Positions 47,004 through 56,579 are shown, counted from the first letter of the stretch. The stretch: DNA of 64,000 nt from an uncultured Actinomycetes bacterium (GCA_963722185.1 CAVRKD010000010.1:175122-239121); one strand, 5' to 3'. Notes: generated from the sequence alone by a model not told the origin. Numbers and translations are program-made.

Positions 47004-47534
47004 CTACCAGCCGGCGGAGGACTTCTCGGTGGGACGTTCTCGCATCGCGGCGATCTTGGTGTTGTCCCACGACACGGTCTTGTTGGGCTCGACCACGACC
47101 CAGCGCCACGAACGCCCGCGGGCGCTCGACTCATTGCGGATGCGCTGGCCGGGCGTCTCCGGTGGTGCTTCGCCGTGGCCGCCGGCGTACTTGGTGCCCA
47201 TTTGCCAGCGTGCCTCTTCGAGGTGCGGGTCCGCCGCTTCGGCGTCGGCGTCTTCGAGCACGAGGCCGCGCCCCTGGAACATGGCGCCCTGCAACTCGGG
47301 GAAGCGCTCGTTGCGGTCGACGAGCACGGTGCAGTCCGGCGAGCGCCGCAGGTTGACCACCTTCTGGCCGCGGCCGAAGAAGTAGATCCGGCCGCCCGCC
47401 CAGCCGAACCACAGCGGCGTCAGGTTGATGCGGGTGCCGGGGCCGAGCGTCGCGATGCGCATGTTCCAACTCGTGGTCATGATCTCGTCGAGCTCGGTGT
47501 CGCTGAGGGCCAGCTCTCGGGATAGCGGTGCCAT
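47004..47534 (-). CDS. PPOX-class (pyridoxamine 5'-phosphate oxidase family) protein
   Basis: 176 aa with MRIATLGPGTRINLTPLWFGWAGGRIYFFG. Confidence 0.8.
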   Translation of the reverse strand: MAPLSRELALSDTELDEIMTTSWNMRIATLGPGTRINLTPLWFGWAGGRIYFFGRGQKVVNLRRSPDCTVLVDRNERFPELQGAMFQGRGLVLEDADAEAADPHLEEARWQMGTKYAGGHGEAPPETPGQRIRNESSARGRSWRWVVVEPNKTVSWDNTKIAAMRERPTEKSSAGW

Positions 47535-47642
47535 GCCGCAGCACCGTAGTCAGACGCGTGGGGCGTTTACCCCACGACCTCTTGTCGCAAATGGGTCATG
47601 GGTCCGATGCGCCCGCCCCCGCTCCGGGTTGACGATCGCCGT

Positions 47643-48926
47643 ATGAAGAAACTCATTGCTGTCATTGGATTGGCGTTGCTGGCCACCGTGCCGGCGTACA
47701 AGTCCGACGCGAGCGCGGCGCCTTCGGGCGACGTCGTGCGCGCGTGGAACGACCAAGCCCTCAACACGGTGCGCGCCAAGAGCCTTACCGACGCGGTGGC
47801 GGCGCGGACCTACGCCATGGTCAACGCCGCGATGTACGACGCCGTCAACGGGTTGAGCGACAAGAAAGAGCAGCGCACGCCGGCGATCGTGGCTCCGGCC
47901 GCCGGCGCCAAAGGCGACCCAGTGGCCGCCGCCTCCCAAGCCGCCCACGACGTCCTCGTCGGCCTGAACGGCGATCGCGCGTCGCACTACGACACGCAGC
48001 TGGCGGCGGACCTCGCGGCCATCGGTGAGAGCAACAAGACCAGCGACGGTCGGACGTGGGGGAGCGAAGTGGCCGCTGGCGTGTTGAGCGCCCGTGCCAA
48101 CGACGGCACCCGCGACAACGAGCCCCAAGTCGGCGACAGCAGCATCGGAAACTTCCCGGGCACGTGGCAGGGCACGCAGTTCCGCAACATGGCACCGTTC
48201 GCCATCGCCGACTCGGGCGTGTACACGGGAGCCCAACCGCCCGCATTGGAGAGCCTCGACTACGCGACCGCCTTCAACGAGGTCAAGGTCGTCGGCAGCG
48301 CCGCCAACGCCGACCCGTCGAAGGACGCGACGTTCAACTTCTGGAAGCTGCCGAGCGGGAGTGGTCAACCGGCGGGTGCGTGGTTGCAGGTCGCGCAAGC
48401 CGTCTCGGCGAGCCGGTCGCTGTCGCTGCACGACACGGCGCGGCTGTTCGCGCTGCAGAGCGTGGCCATGGCCGACGTGGTCGCACCGACGGTGATGACC
48501 AAATGGAAGTACCACTCATGGCGTCCGGTGTCGGCCATCAATCAGGCGAACAGCGACGCCAACCCGCTGACGACGCCCGACGCCAACGGCACCTGGATCC
48601 CGCGGGGCGGCAACTCGGGCAACCCTGAGTACTTCTCCGGGCACAGCTCGTTCAGCTCGGCCGGGGCGCAGGCGCTCGCCGGGTTCTTCTGCAGCGACCA
48701 CATCCCGTTCACCTTGACCACCGACTTTCCCGGCAGCACACGGACGTACTCGTCCTTCTCTAGCGCCGCCGCCGAAGCCGGCCGTTCCCGGGTGTTGGGT
48801 GGACTCCACTTCGAGTTCAGCAACCAGGCTGCTGGCGCCACCGGTCGTGCGGTAGCCGACGAAGTGCTGTCGCGCTCGTTGCTGCGCACCACCGGCGCCA
48901 CACATCACGGCGACTGCCCGCTGTGA
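47643..48926 (+). CDS. Secreted vanadium-haloperoxidase-like / PAP2 superfamily protein
   Basis: The signal peptide is MKKLIAVIGLALLATVPAYKSDASA. All three PAP2/V-HPO motifs are present: KWKYHSWRP (Kx6RP), YFSGHSS and SRVLGGLH (SRx5H). An alternative upstream ATG exists at 47598. Confidence 0.75.
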   Translation: MKKLIAVIGLALLATVPAYKSDASAAPSGDVVRAWNDQALNTVRAKSLTDAVAARTYAMVNAAMYDAVNGLSDKKEQRTPAIVAPAAGAKGDPVAAASQAAHDVLVGLNGDRASHYDTQLAADLAAIGESNKTSDGRTWGSEVAAGVLSARANDGTRDNEPQVGDSSIGNFPGTWQGTQFRNMAPFAIADSGVYTGAQPPALESLDYATAFNEVKVVGSAANADPSKDATFNFWKLPSGSGQPAGAWLQVAQAVSASRSLSLHDTARLFALQSVAMADVVAPTVMTKWKYHSWRPVSAINQANSDANPLTTPDANGTWIPRGGNSGNPEYFSGHSSFSSAGAQALAGFFCSDHIPFTLTTDFPGSTRTYSSFSSAAAEAGRSRVLGGLHFEFSNQAAGATGRAVADEVLSRSLLRTTGATHHGDCPL

Positions 48927-48946
48927 TCCCTACCTCCAGTCGCGCC

Positions 48947-49930
48947 CTACGAGACGGGGCGCGGCTGGAGCCCGCAGGCGCGGTAGCAGGCGTCGATCGC
49001 TTCCATGTTGGCGATGGCGTCGTCGACGGTCGTGGGGAACGGTTCGCCGCGTAGGACCGCTCCGGTGAATGCCTTCAGCTGTTCGACGTAGGTGATTTCC
49101 TTCGTGGCGCGCTCGACGCGTTTGGTCCCATTGGCCCGCACCGTCAGTCGGCCGAACAGGTGCGGCATCATGCCGTTGAACACGGCGAGGCTGCCCGCTG
49201 ATCCTTCGATGCGCGCGCCGATCGACAACACGCGCGCGGACAGCATCGCCGCTGTGATGGCGCCGGTGCGCCCGTCGGCGAAGGTCGCCTCCGCCCGCAT
49301 CCACCGGTCGACGCCTGGCTTGAGCAGCTTGACCTTCGCCGACGTGATCGTCGGCTCGGCTCCGGCGTAGGTGCGCAACTGGTGAAGCGCGTAGCAGCCG
49401 ACGTCCATTAACGAACCGCCGGCCAGGGAAAGCTGCCAACGGATGTCGCGCGGCCGCGGCAATGGGATGCACAGCCGCGTTTCGATGTGGCGGACCGCGC
49501 CGAGTTCGCCCGACGCGATGATGTCGAGCACGCGGGCGATCAGGGGGTGGTAGCGGTAGTGGAACGCCTCCATCACGACGCGGTCGGTCTGGTCGACCGC
49601 TGCTTTCACAGCGTGGGCTTCCGCGGCGTTGGCCGTGAAGGGTTTCTCGCACAGCACGTGCTTGCCCGCCTGCACCGCGGCGATCGTCCAGCGTCCGTGC
49701 AGCCCGTTGGGCAGCGGGTTGTAGATGGCGTCGACGTCGGGGTCGGCGAGCAGCGCCGCGTACGAGTCGTGCACCGTGGGGATCCCGTGCTTGCTGGCGA
49801 ACTTCTCCGCCTTGGCCCGGTCACGGGCGGCGACGGCGACCACTTCAGCGTCGGGCACGGCGCGGGCTGGTCGGACGATGGCGGCGGGGGCGATGCGGGC
49901 GGCGCCCAGCACGCCGATGCGAAGCGTCAC
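48947..49930 (-). CDS. Gfo/Idh/MocA family oxidoreductase
   Basis: It contains LRIGVLGAARIA (Rossmann) and EKP. The start is GTG 49930 or ATG 49954. Confidence 0.85.
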   Translation of the reverse strand: MTLRIGVLGAARIAPAAIVRPARAVPDAEVVAVAARDRAKAEKFASKHGIPTVHDSYAALLADPDVDAIYNPLPNGLHGRWTIAAVQAGKHVLCEKPFTANAAEAHAVKAAVDQTDRVVMEAFHYRYHPLIARVLDIIASGELGAVRHIETRLCIPLPRPRDIRWQLSLAGGSLMDVGCYALHQLRTYAGAEPTITSAKVKLLKPGVDRWMRAEATFADGRTGAITAAMLSARVLSIGARIEGSAGSLAVFNGMMPHLFGRLTVRANGTKRVERATKEITYVEQLKAFTGAVLRGEPFPTTVDDAIANMEAIDACYRACGLQPRPVS

Positions 49931-49959
49931 GAACCCATCCTGCCGTAACCTCAAACGCC

Positions 49960-51084
49960 GTGACTGTGCATGCGCTAGCCGAGGCCGACTTCGCCGCCGT
50001 CAACCGGGTGACGCCCGATCTCGCGGCGGTGGCGTTTCGCGTCGGTGACCGCACCACCACGTATCGACTGGTCGACGGCGAGGGCGTCGCCGCCGAGGAG
50101 TCCGCCGACACCGACGCGGCGCTCGTCGTGTCGATGTCAGCGGAGGCGTGGCGCGACCTCACGACCCAGGTGCGCACGCTCGTCAACCTCCACCTCGCCA
50201 ATGAGCTCACCTACGAGCGCGGTGACTTCGGCCAGCTCGCCGACTGGGGCCCGCTACTCACGCTGATCCATTCCGGCGTACCGCTGTACGACCCGTCGCG
50301 GGTCGACCTGTCCGGCGTTGATCTCAACCGGTCGTTCACGCTCGACGACTCCGACGAAGAGATGCGGGCGTACCTCGAGACGACCGGCTACCTGCTCGTG
50401 CGCGGCGTGTTCAGTGCGGACGAAATCGCGACGTTGAACGCCGAGGTCGATCGCCTGGCGTCGATCGCCAAGCGCGGCGACGACCAATCGTGGTGGGTCA
50501 CCGATGAGGACGGCAACGACGCGTTGTGCCGCCTCGTGTACGCCGGCATGCGATCGGATCTGATGAAGGCGACCGAGTATGACGCCCGCGTGGCGCGCCT
50601 CGGCACCCTGATCCGCCCCGACCTACGCCCGTCGCACGACCGGATGGAAGGCGTGGCCATCCTGCTCAAGGTGCCGGGCAAAACGCAGGGCCTGTCGAAC
50701 ATCCCGTGGCACCAGGACTGCGGCATGGGCGGCCACGCCATCTTCTGCCCATCGGTCGGCGTCGGCATTCAGCTCACCGGGTCGAGCGCCGAGACCGGCA
50801 ACATCACCTTCGTGCCCGGCAGCCACGGCCAGTCGTTGCACATGGCGTGGCAGCAGCACTCCGCTGACGTGCCGACGGTTGCCATCGACACCGAGCCCGG
50901 CGACGTCACCGTCCACATCAAAGACGTCATGCACGCGTCTCCACCACCGAAGGGCGAAGGCGAGATGTGGCGGCGCACGATGTACGTGTCGCACTACCCG
51001 CCGAGCTTGTGGGACCACGTCGGCGCGGGCCAAGCGTTCAACGACCTGGTGCGCAACCGCACCGAAGAAGTCGCCGCGCTCTAG
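49960..51084 (+). CDS. Phytanoyl-CoA dioxygenase (PhyH) family protein
   Basis: 374 aa with GYLLVRGVFSADEI and IPWHQDCG (HxD), plus a later H in VMHASPP. Confidence 0.8.
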   Translation: MTVHALAEADFAAVNRVTPDLAAVAFRVGDRTTTYRLVDGEGVAAEESADTDAALVVSMSAEAWRDLTTQVRTLVNLHLANELTYERGDFGQLADWGPLLTLIHSGVPLYDPSRVDLSGVDLNRSFTLDDSDEEMRAYLETTGYLLVRGVFSADEIATLNAEVDRLASIAKRGDDQSWWVTDEDGNDALCRLVYAGMRSDLMKATEYDARVARLGTLIRPDLRPSHDRMEGVAILLKVPGKTQGLSNIPWHQDCGMGGHAIFCPSVGVGIQLTGSSAETGNITFVPGSHGQSLHMAWQQHSADVPTVAIDTEPGDVTVHIKDVMHASPPPKGEGEMWRRTMYVSHYPPSLWDHVGAGQAFNDLVRNRTEEVAAL

Positions 51085-51092
51085 AAAATGCG

Positions 51093-51141
51093 GACTTTCT
51101 GCGTCTTAGGGCCACCAGGTGGCCCTAAGACGCAGAAAGTC
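51093..51141. terminator. Long perfect hairpin between convergent genes (bidirectional terminator candidate)
   Basis: GACTTTCTGCGTCTTAGGGCCACC (51093-51116) and GGTGGCCCTAAGACGCAGAAAGTC (51118-51141) are perfect reverse complements with 24-nt arms. They lie between the stop at 51084 (+) and the stop at 51153 (-). Confidence 0.6.
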
Positions 51142-51152
51142 GGGGTTGGGGC

Positions 51153-52988
51153 TTAGGTGAGCGTCGCCTTGATGGTGACAGTGCCGCTACCGCTGTAGCT
51201 CTTGACCCGGATGTACCAGTAGCCAGCGCCCGGCGAGGCGTGGGTGCACGTCTCGGCGTTGCCGCTGCTGTTCGGCCGGCACGCGTAGACCGTGTCGGTC
51301 GGCTTGGCACCCTGACGGGTGTAGAGGTCGGCATCCAACGCGCAACTCAAAAGTCCGCACGCCGGGCCGGTCATGACCACTTGCAGCTGGCTCTTGCCGG
51401 CCGGAACCGAGATCTTGAGGAACTTCTCGTTCCCGGTACCCGAGAGGGAGACGCTGGTCGACTGACCGCTGGTGACCGTCGGCGTTGCCGGGTCAGGATC
51501 GCCGCCGGTGCCAACCACGACCGAGGACGACGTGGAGTTGGAGCCGCCCTTACCGTCGTTGACCGTGAGCGTGACGGTGTAGGTGCCGGCCGCCGCGTAG
51601 GTGCGGCTGGCGGTTACGCCGGTGGCGGTGGCGCCGTCACCGAAGTTCCACGCATAGGTCAGCGCGTCGCCGTTGGGATCGCTCGACGCCGAGCCGTTGA
51701 CGTTGACGGTCAGGCCAGACGTCGACGACGAGAACGACGCCGTCGGCGGCAGGTTGCCGCCGCCGCCGCCGCACACTTGCGCGACGAGACGGTCAGCGCG
51801 GGCGAGCCCGTTACCGAAGATGTCGTCGCGGCCCGCCGTGCCGAGGTCCTCGGCGGTCGAATACAAGACGTCGCGGATGGTCGTGTGCGCCGTGCCTGCG
51901 GGTGCGCACCCGATGGCCAACGCCAGCGCGCCGGCGACGTGAGGCGTCGACATGCTCGTTCCGTCGAGCGACGAGTAGGACGTGTCGTTCGTGCTGTAGG
52001 TGGACAGAACGGCGCTGCCCGGCGCGGCGACGTCGACCTGCGGGCCGGCGTCGGAGTACGACGCCCGCGCCTTGGACGACGTCAGCGCGGCGACGGCGAT
52101 GACGTTCGGATACGCCGCCGGGTAGTCGACGTCGTTGGCGCTGCCGTCGTTACCCGCGGCGGCGACGAGCAGCACGCCGCGGCTGAAGGCGTAGTTGATG
52201 GCGTTCTCTTCGGCGGTGGCCGCGGGGCCACCGATGCTCATCGAGATGACCTTGGCGCCCTGGTCGGCGCTGTCCATGATCGCCTGGGCGATATTGGCGG
52301 CGCTGCCGCTGCACTGGACGTTCAAGAGGCCGCCGACGGCGTTGAGCACCTTCATCGGCAGGATCGTCGCTTGGCTCATGCCGGCGACGCCGACACCGTT
52401 GTTCGTGGTGGCGCCGACGGTCCCGGCGGTGTGCGTGCCGTGACCGCAGGTGTCCTGCGGATCATTGTCGGATTGCACGTAGTCGCGGCCCGTACGAACG
52501 CGACCGCCGACGAAGTCCTGATGCGTGCGGCGGATGCCGCTGTCGACGACGCTGACGACCACCGACGACGAGCCGTAGCCCACCTGACCCCACGCCGCGG
52601 GGAAGCCCATCATCCCGGGTCCGTACTGCTCGCCGTAGCGGGCGTCGTTCGGGGTGGCGAGCGCGTGCTTGACGACGTTGTCCTCGACATAGGTCACGCC
52701 CGGCAGCGTCAAGGCCGCCCGGCGGACTGGTGCGAGGTCTTCGGCGGCGACCACGACGAAGTTGCCGTTCGTCGACACCTGCGTGACCTTGAGACCGGCC
52801 AGGGTCTGGCCCGGTGAAACCGCCGGGCGGGATCCGTCGGCGAAGCCGATGATCGCTTGGCCGATGCTCGTCGGTTGGCTCGGTAGCAGTGACGCCGCTT
52901 GGGCGCCGGAAAGCGTCAGCGTCGACAGGACGAGCGCCACGGCGAGTGGCAGTGCGGCCCACGTGAGCAGGCGGGAAAACTTCGTCAC
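51153..52988 (-). CDS. Secreted S8 (subtilisin-like) serine peptidase with PKD and pre-peptidase C-terminal (PPC) domains
   Basis: The GTG start follows AAGGAG. It has a signal peptide and the catalytic triad DSGI / HGTHTAGT / GTSMSTPHVAG. A PKD module (YAWNFGDG...TVTLTVNDGKGG) and a PPC-like tail follow. Confidence 0.9.
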   Translation of the reverse strand: MTKFSRLLTWAALPLAVALVLSTLTLSGAQAASLLPSQPTSIGQAIIGFADGSRPAVSPGQTLAGLKVTQVSTNGNFVVVAAEDLAPVRRAALTLPGVTYVEDNVVKHALATPNDARYGEQYGPGMMGFPAAWGQVGYGSSSVVVSVVDSGIRRTHQDFVGGRVRTGRDYVQSDNDPQDTCGHGTHTAGTVGATTNNGVGVAGMSQATILPMKVLNAVGGLLNVQCSGSAANIAQAIMDSADQGAKVISMSIGGPAATAEENAINYAFSRGVLLVAAAGNDGSANDVDYPAAYPNVIAVAALTSSKARASYSDAGPQVDVAAPGSAVLSTYSTNDTSYSSLDGTSMSTPHVAGALALAIGCAPAGTAHTTIRDVLYSTAEDLGTAGRDDIFGNGLARADRLVAQVCGGGGGNLPPTASFSSSTSGLTVNVNGSASSDPNGDALTYAWNFGDGATATGVTASRTYAAAGTYTVTLTVNDGKGGSNSTSSSVVVGTGGDPDPATPTVTSGQSTSVSLSGTGNEKFLKISVPAGKSQLQVVMTGPACGLLSCALDADLYTRQGAKPTDTVYACRPNSSGNAETCTHASPGAGYWYIRVKSYSGSGTVTIKATLT

Positions 52989-53070
52989 CCAGACTCCTTA
53001 TTTCAACAGCGCCCGCGACGATGCCCCAGCGGACTGGGAGGAAAACGCCCGAACCTTCCGGTTCTTACGG

Positions 53071-53592
53071 TCAGAAATTTCTCGCGAACGCCCACGTCTC
53101 CTCGATCGACCACGCGCCCGGATCCTCGTCGGTCGTGGCGACGAGGCAGACCCGGTCGACGGCGGCGGTGCGCGGGAGCGAGAGGGTGACCGTGTCGCGC
53201 AGGGTTGCGCGCTCGGCGCTCGGAAGTTCTGCGTACAGCAGGCTCAGGTGCGGGTCGTAGGGAGTCGGCTCGGCTCCGCACGTCGCCACTAGTGCGTTGC
53301 GCACTTCGACGAGGGGCGTTTCGGCGGCCGCGACCACGGTGACGCAGCGGAAGCGCTCGTCGGAGTCGGCGAGGTTTACGAAGGTCACGTCGAAAGGCGG
53401 GAACGCCGCGAGTGCTTGGCCGATCGCATCGCGGCTCGCGGTGGTCGGCACCGCTCCGACCAGCGTGATGTGCGGCGCGAACACCGGTGTGTCTGTCGCC
53501 GTGCCGAGCCGCTCGATCCACTCGGCGAAGGGCTCGGCGTCGTGTTGACGCGGCATCGCCCACAAAGACAGACGGGTTTCGGGACGTGGCAT
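53071..53592 (-). CDS. 2H phosphoesterase superfamily (LigT/cyclic phosphodiesterase-like) protein
   Basis: It has two HxT/S motifs (PHITLVG and PHLSLLY) at the expected spacing. The start is at MPRPETR. Confidence 0.6.
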   Translation of the reverse strand: MPRPETRLSLWAMPRQHDAEPFAEWIERLGTATDTPVFAPHITLVGAVPTTASRDAIGQALAAFPPFDVTFVNLADSDERFRCVTVVAAAETPLVEVRNALVATCGAEPTPYDPHLSLLYAELPSAERATLRDTVTLSLPRTAAVDRVCLVATTDEDPGAWSIEETWAFARNF

Positions 53593-53611
53593 TCGTTCAA
53601 TATGGAGGAGC

Positions 53612-54130
53612 GTGAGCCTCGCCGCCGACCACATCGTGCTCCTCGGACTCATGGGCACCGGTAAGACGACCGTCGGTCGATTGCTCGCGGCGCGCCTTCA
53701 GCGGCAGTTGCGCGACAGCGACGAGCTCCTCGAGGCCCGCCATGGACGCACCGCCGCCGAGATCGCCGACGATGTCGGCGCCGACGGTTTGCACCGACTC
53801 GAAGCCGAGGTGCTGCTCGACGCGTTGGCGTCGCCGACGCCGTGCGTGATCGCGGCCGCGGCGTCGACGATCGAAGACCAGCGCTGCCGCGACGCATTGG
53901 CGGGCGCCTTCGGTGTGTGGTTGCGCGCCGACGCATCGGCGTTGGCCACGCGGGTGCGCCAACAAGCGCATCGTCCCCTCGAGGACAACGTCGAGCAACA
54001 ACTGGCGACGCAGGCGGCGCGGCGCGATCCGCTGTTCGCGCGGGCCGCCGATCTCATCGTGGACGTGGACGACTCGCCACCGGAAGAAACGGCGGACTCG
54101 GTCGTGCGACGGCTCAGCGACGCAAAATGA
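53612..54130 (+). CDS. Shikimate-kinase-family P-loop kinase
   Basis: It has LLGLMGTGKTTVGRLLA (Walker A) and a DSD motif. The GGG lid typical of AroK is not obvious, so substrate is uncertain. Confidence 0.6.
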   Translation: MSLAADHIVLLGLMGTGKTTVGRLLAARLQRQLRDSDELLEARHGRTAAEIADDVGADGLHRLEAEVLLDALASPTPCVIAAAASTIEDQRCRDALAGAFGVWLRADASALATRVRQQAHRPLEDNVEQQLATQAARRDPLFARAADLIVDVDDSPPEETADSVVRRLSDAK

Positions 54131-56579
54131 GTCGGTGCAATTGCAGTCGCCGCGCGATTAGTGCTGCGCACACCAGCGCCGCCGCGATCGCTGTCAACGC
54201 GCCGCCACCGGTGGCGGGCAGCGTCGCTCCGGCGACGGCGGCCATCAGCGACACCGGCGAGGCGCCGAGCGCCGCGCCGCCGTAGATGACCTTGCCCGAC
54301 CCGTCCTGGTAGGTCAGCCACGTCACCGCGGCCTGGAAGCTCGTGCCCGGTTTGGAGTAGTCGCAGACGCCGGTGGGGAACGGGTCCTTCAACGCCGCCT
54401 GCTGTGCTGGGGTGAACACGTCGCTGAACTTCCGCCCGGCGTACACGTAACTTTCGAGCGGGATCGTCTGGCATTCGAGACGGTCGTCGGCGAAGCCGAC
54501 CTTGGCTGGGCCCACGCCGTTGACCATCGATTGATCGCCGCCGCCCGCTTCGATGCGCGGCGAACTGAACAGCGTCGCGTCGACCGTCGCGCGGCATAGG
54601 GCCGCCGGAGCGTCCAGACCGTTGAGGGCCACGCAGCGATCGGCGACCGCGGCCTTGGACTTGGCGTCGATGATCTTGCGCGCCAGCGGGACGTCGCGGG
54701 TGTCCGTCTCGACCGCGGCGAGCCAGTCGTCCATCTTGGCGATAGCGGCGGTAACGAAGCTGACATCACCGAGCAGTGGCGTTTGGCCCTCCCACAGCAC
54801 CTGGTTGGCCGACGTGCCGTGCTCGCGGAGCAGGCGGTCGCGCATGGAGAACTTGCGGTACACGTCGTGGAAGGCGCCGGGCTCGGGACCGCCGAGGTCG
54901 ATGATGGCGACCCGGTCGAGGTGCGCCGCCGTGTTGGCGGCGCCGCTGCGGTACACGCGCTCCAGGGCGATCGGATCCGACGGAACCCGCTCGGTGGTCG
55001 GGTGCCAGTCGAGGTCGAAGCTGCCGGCGTTGACGTTGAGAGCGACGAACTGATCCGGTGTGAGCGGCGGCCGCGTCGGATCGGCGAGCGCGGGATTCAC
55101 GAACGAAAGCAGGCCGGACAATCCGAACTGCATGCCGACGTTGCTGACGGGTCGCCGCGCCTTGCCCTTGTCGGGGCCGCTTTCGTAGACGCCGAACACG
55201 TTGCGCATGTAGTCCTGCAAGGTGCAGCGCACACCCGTGGGGTTGGTGTTCTCGTCGTAGACCTTGTCGTCGGCCACACCGGGGCACGAGCGCGACGGGT
55301 CACCGCTGTTGGCGATCACTTGGGTGAACGTGATCGCGTTGCCGGGATTGGGGTGGCCGTAGATGCTCGGCCACTGCGCGGGGAGGATGCCGCTATCCGG
55401 GCTCTCGAGATACGCGCGCAAGATCTTGTAGTCGACGTACTGCTGGGCCGAACTCCACGCGTCGGTGAAGCTGCACTGCGGCGTGATGCCCTGGTACACG
55501 CCGGGATAGGCGTTGGCCACTTGCTGTTGCACGAGCGAGCCACCCGAACAGCCGCTGCCGATCGTGTAGCGAATCGGACCGAAGCGCTCGACGACCATCT
55601 CCTTGGTCATGATCAGCGACTCGGCTTGGGTGACCATGTTGCAGTTGTGTCCGGCGTTGTCGAGGGCGTGCGACGCCACGGCGAAACCTTGCGCCAATGC
55701 GTTGGCGTTGAGGACTTCCGGCGCGCCGCCCGATTCGTAACCGGTGTCGCAACTGGCGCCGTGGGTCAGCACCAGCTTGTGGGCGTAGCCCGGGTTCTCG
55801 GCGGTGGGGTCGGGCCACGCGCCCTGCTTCGGATCCCACAGCGCGGCGATCTTGTATTGGTCGCGCAGGCTGAAGCCTGTTTCCTCGCGCACGATGAAGG
55901 GAACCGTCTTGCCGTCGTCAGTGGTGGTGGTCGCCACGTCGGTCGGCGGATTCTTCGGGTCGTAGGCCTCGAGCCCGCCGCCGTCGGTCGACATGTACGA
56001 GTAAGCGACGCTTGGCGCTTGCGCGCAGTCCGGCGTCTTGGAACCGTTGTTGCACGTCCATGGTTGGATGAGTGGTCCGGAGAAGACGGGGCCACCCTGC
56101 GGTGCGTTGGTGACGGTCAGCCGCGCCGCGGCGCCGCTGCCGAGCGTCGCCGTGATGGCGGTCTGGCCGAGGGCCAAGCCGGTGACCAGACCGCGCAGCC
56201 CGGGACCGCCGGGACGGAAGCTCGCGGTGACGTCGCGGGTGCCGGCGGTGATCTTGACGCGGTCGAGGACGGTGCCTGCGGGCACGGCGATCTCGATCAG
56301 CGCGTCGCCGCCCGACACGAGGTCAGCGCGGCCCGAGAGAGTGCGAACCTGTACCGGGTCCCCGTTGTCGATCGGATCGAACGACGACTGCGCCGGCACC
56401 GCCATCGCCCGGGCGTAGGTGGTTGACGCGGCGGCCTCGACTGGCACCACAGGATTTGCGACGGCGACGAGCGCGGCCACGGCCAAAAGAACTGAACGCC
56501 CGAACACGCGCGGCACCGTAGGTCGCCCTTCATGGGCCCGCCAAGCCCGGGCATAGGTTGAAGGCTTCGCCGCGGCCAC
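54114..56579 (-). CDS. LPXTG-anchored secreted alpha/beta-hydrolase-like protein (tannase/feruloyl-esterase-like GCSGG motif)
   Basis: 821 aa with an N-terminal signal/TM (SVLLAVAALVAVANPVVPVEA) and IGSGCSGGS. The C-terminus carries LPATG (54207-54221), a hydrophobic stretch and an RRLQLHRLILRR tail. The exact start is uncertain. Confidence 0.75.
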   Translation of the reverse strand: MAAAKPSTYARAWRAHEGRPTVPRVFGRSVLLAVAALVAVANPVVPVEAAASTTYARAMAVPAQSSFDPIDNGDPVQVRTLSGRADLVSGGDALIEIAVPAGTVLDRVKITAGTRDVTASFRPGGPGLRGLVTGLALGQTAITATLGSGAAARLTVTNAPQGGPVFSGPLIQPWTCNNGSKTPDCAQAPSVAYSYMSTDGGGLEAYDPKNPPTDVATTTTDDGKTVPFIVREETGFSLRDQYKIAALWDPKQGAWPDPTAENPGYAHKLVLTHGASCDTGYESGGAPEVLNANALAQGFAVASHALDNAGHNCNMVTQAESLIMTKEMVVERFGPIRYTIGSGCSGGSLVQQQVANAYPGVYQGITPQCSFTDAWSSAQQYVDYKILRAYLESPDSGILPAQWPSIYGHPNPGNAITFTQVIANSGDPSRSCPGVADDKVYDENTNPTGVRCTLQDYMRNVFGVYESGPDKGKARRPVSNVGMQFGLSGLLSFVNPALADPTRPPLTPDQFVALNVNAGSFDLDWHPTTERVPSDPIALERVYRSGAANTAAHLDRVAIIDLGGPEPGAFHDVYRKFSMRDRLLREHGTSANQVLWEGQTPLLGDVSFVTAAIAKMDDWLAAVETDTRDVPLARKIIDAKSKAAVADRCVALNGLDAPAALCRATVDATLFSSPRIEAGGGDQSMVNGVGPAKVGFADDRLECQTIPLESYVYAGRKFSDVFTPAQQAALKDPFPTGVCDYSKPGTSFQAAVTWLTYQDGSGKVIYGGAALGASPVSLMAAVAGATLPATGGGALTAIAAALVCAALIARRLQLHRLILRR

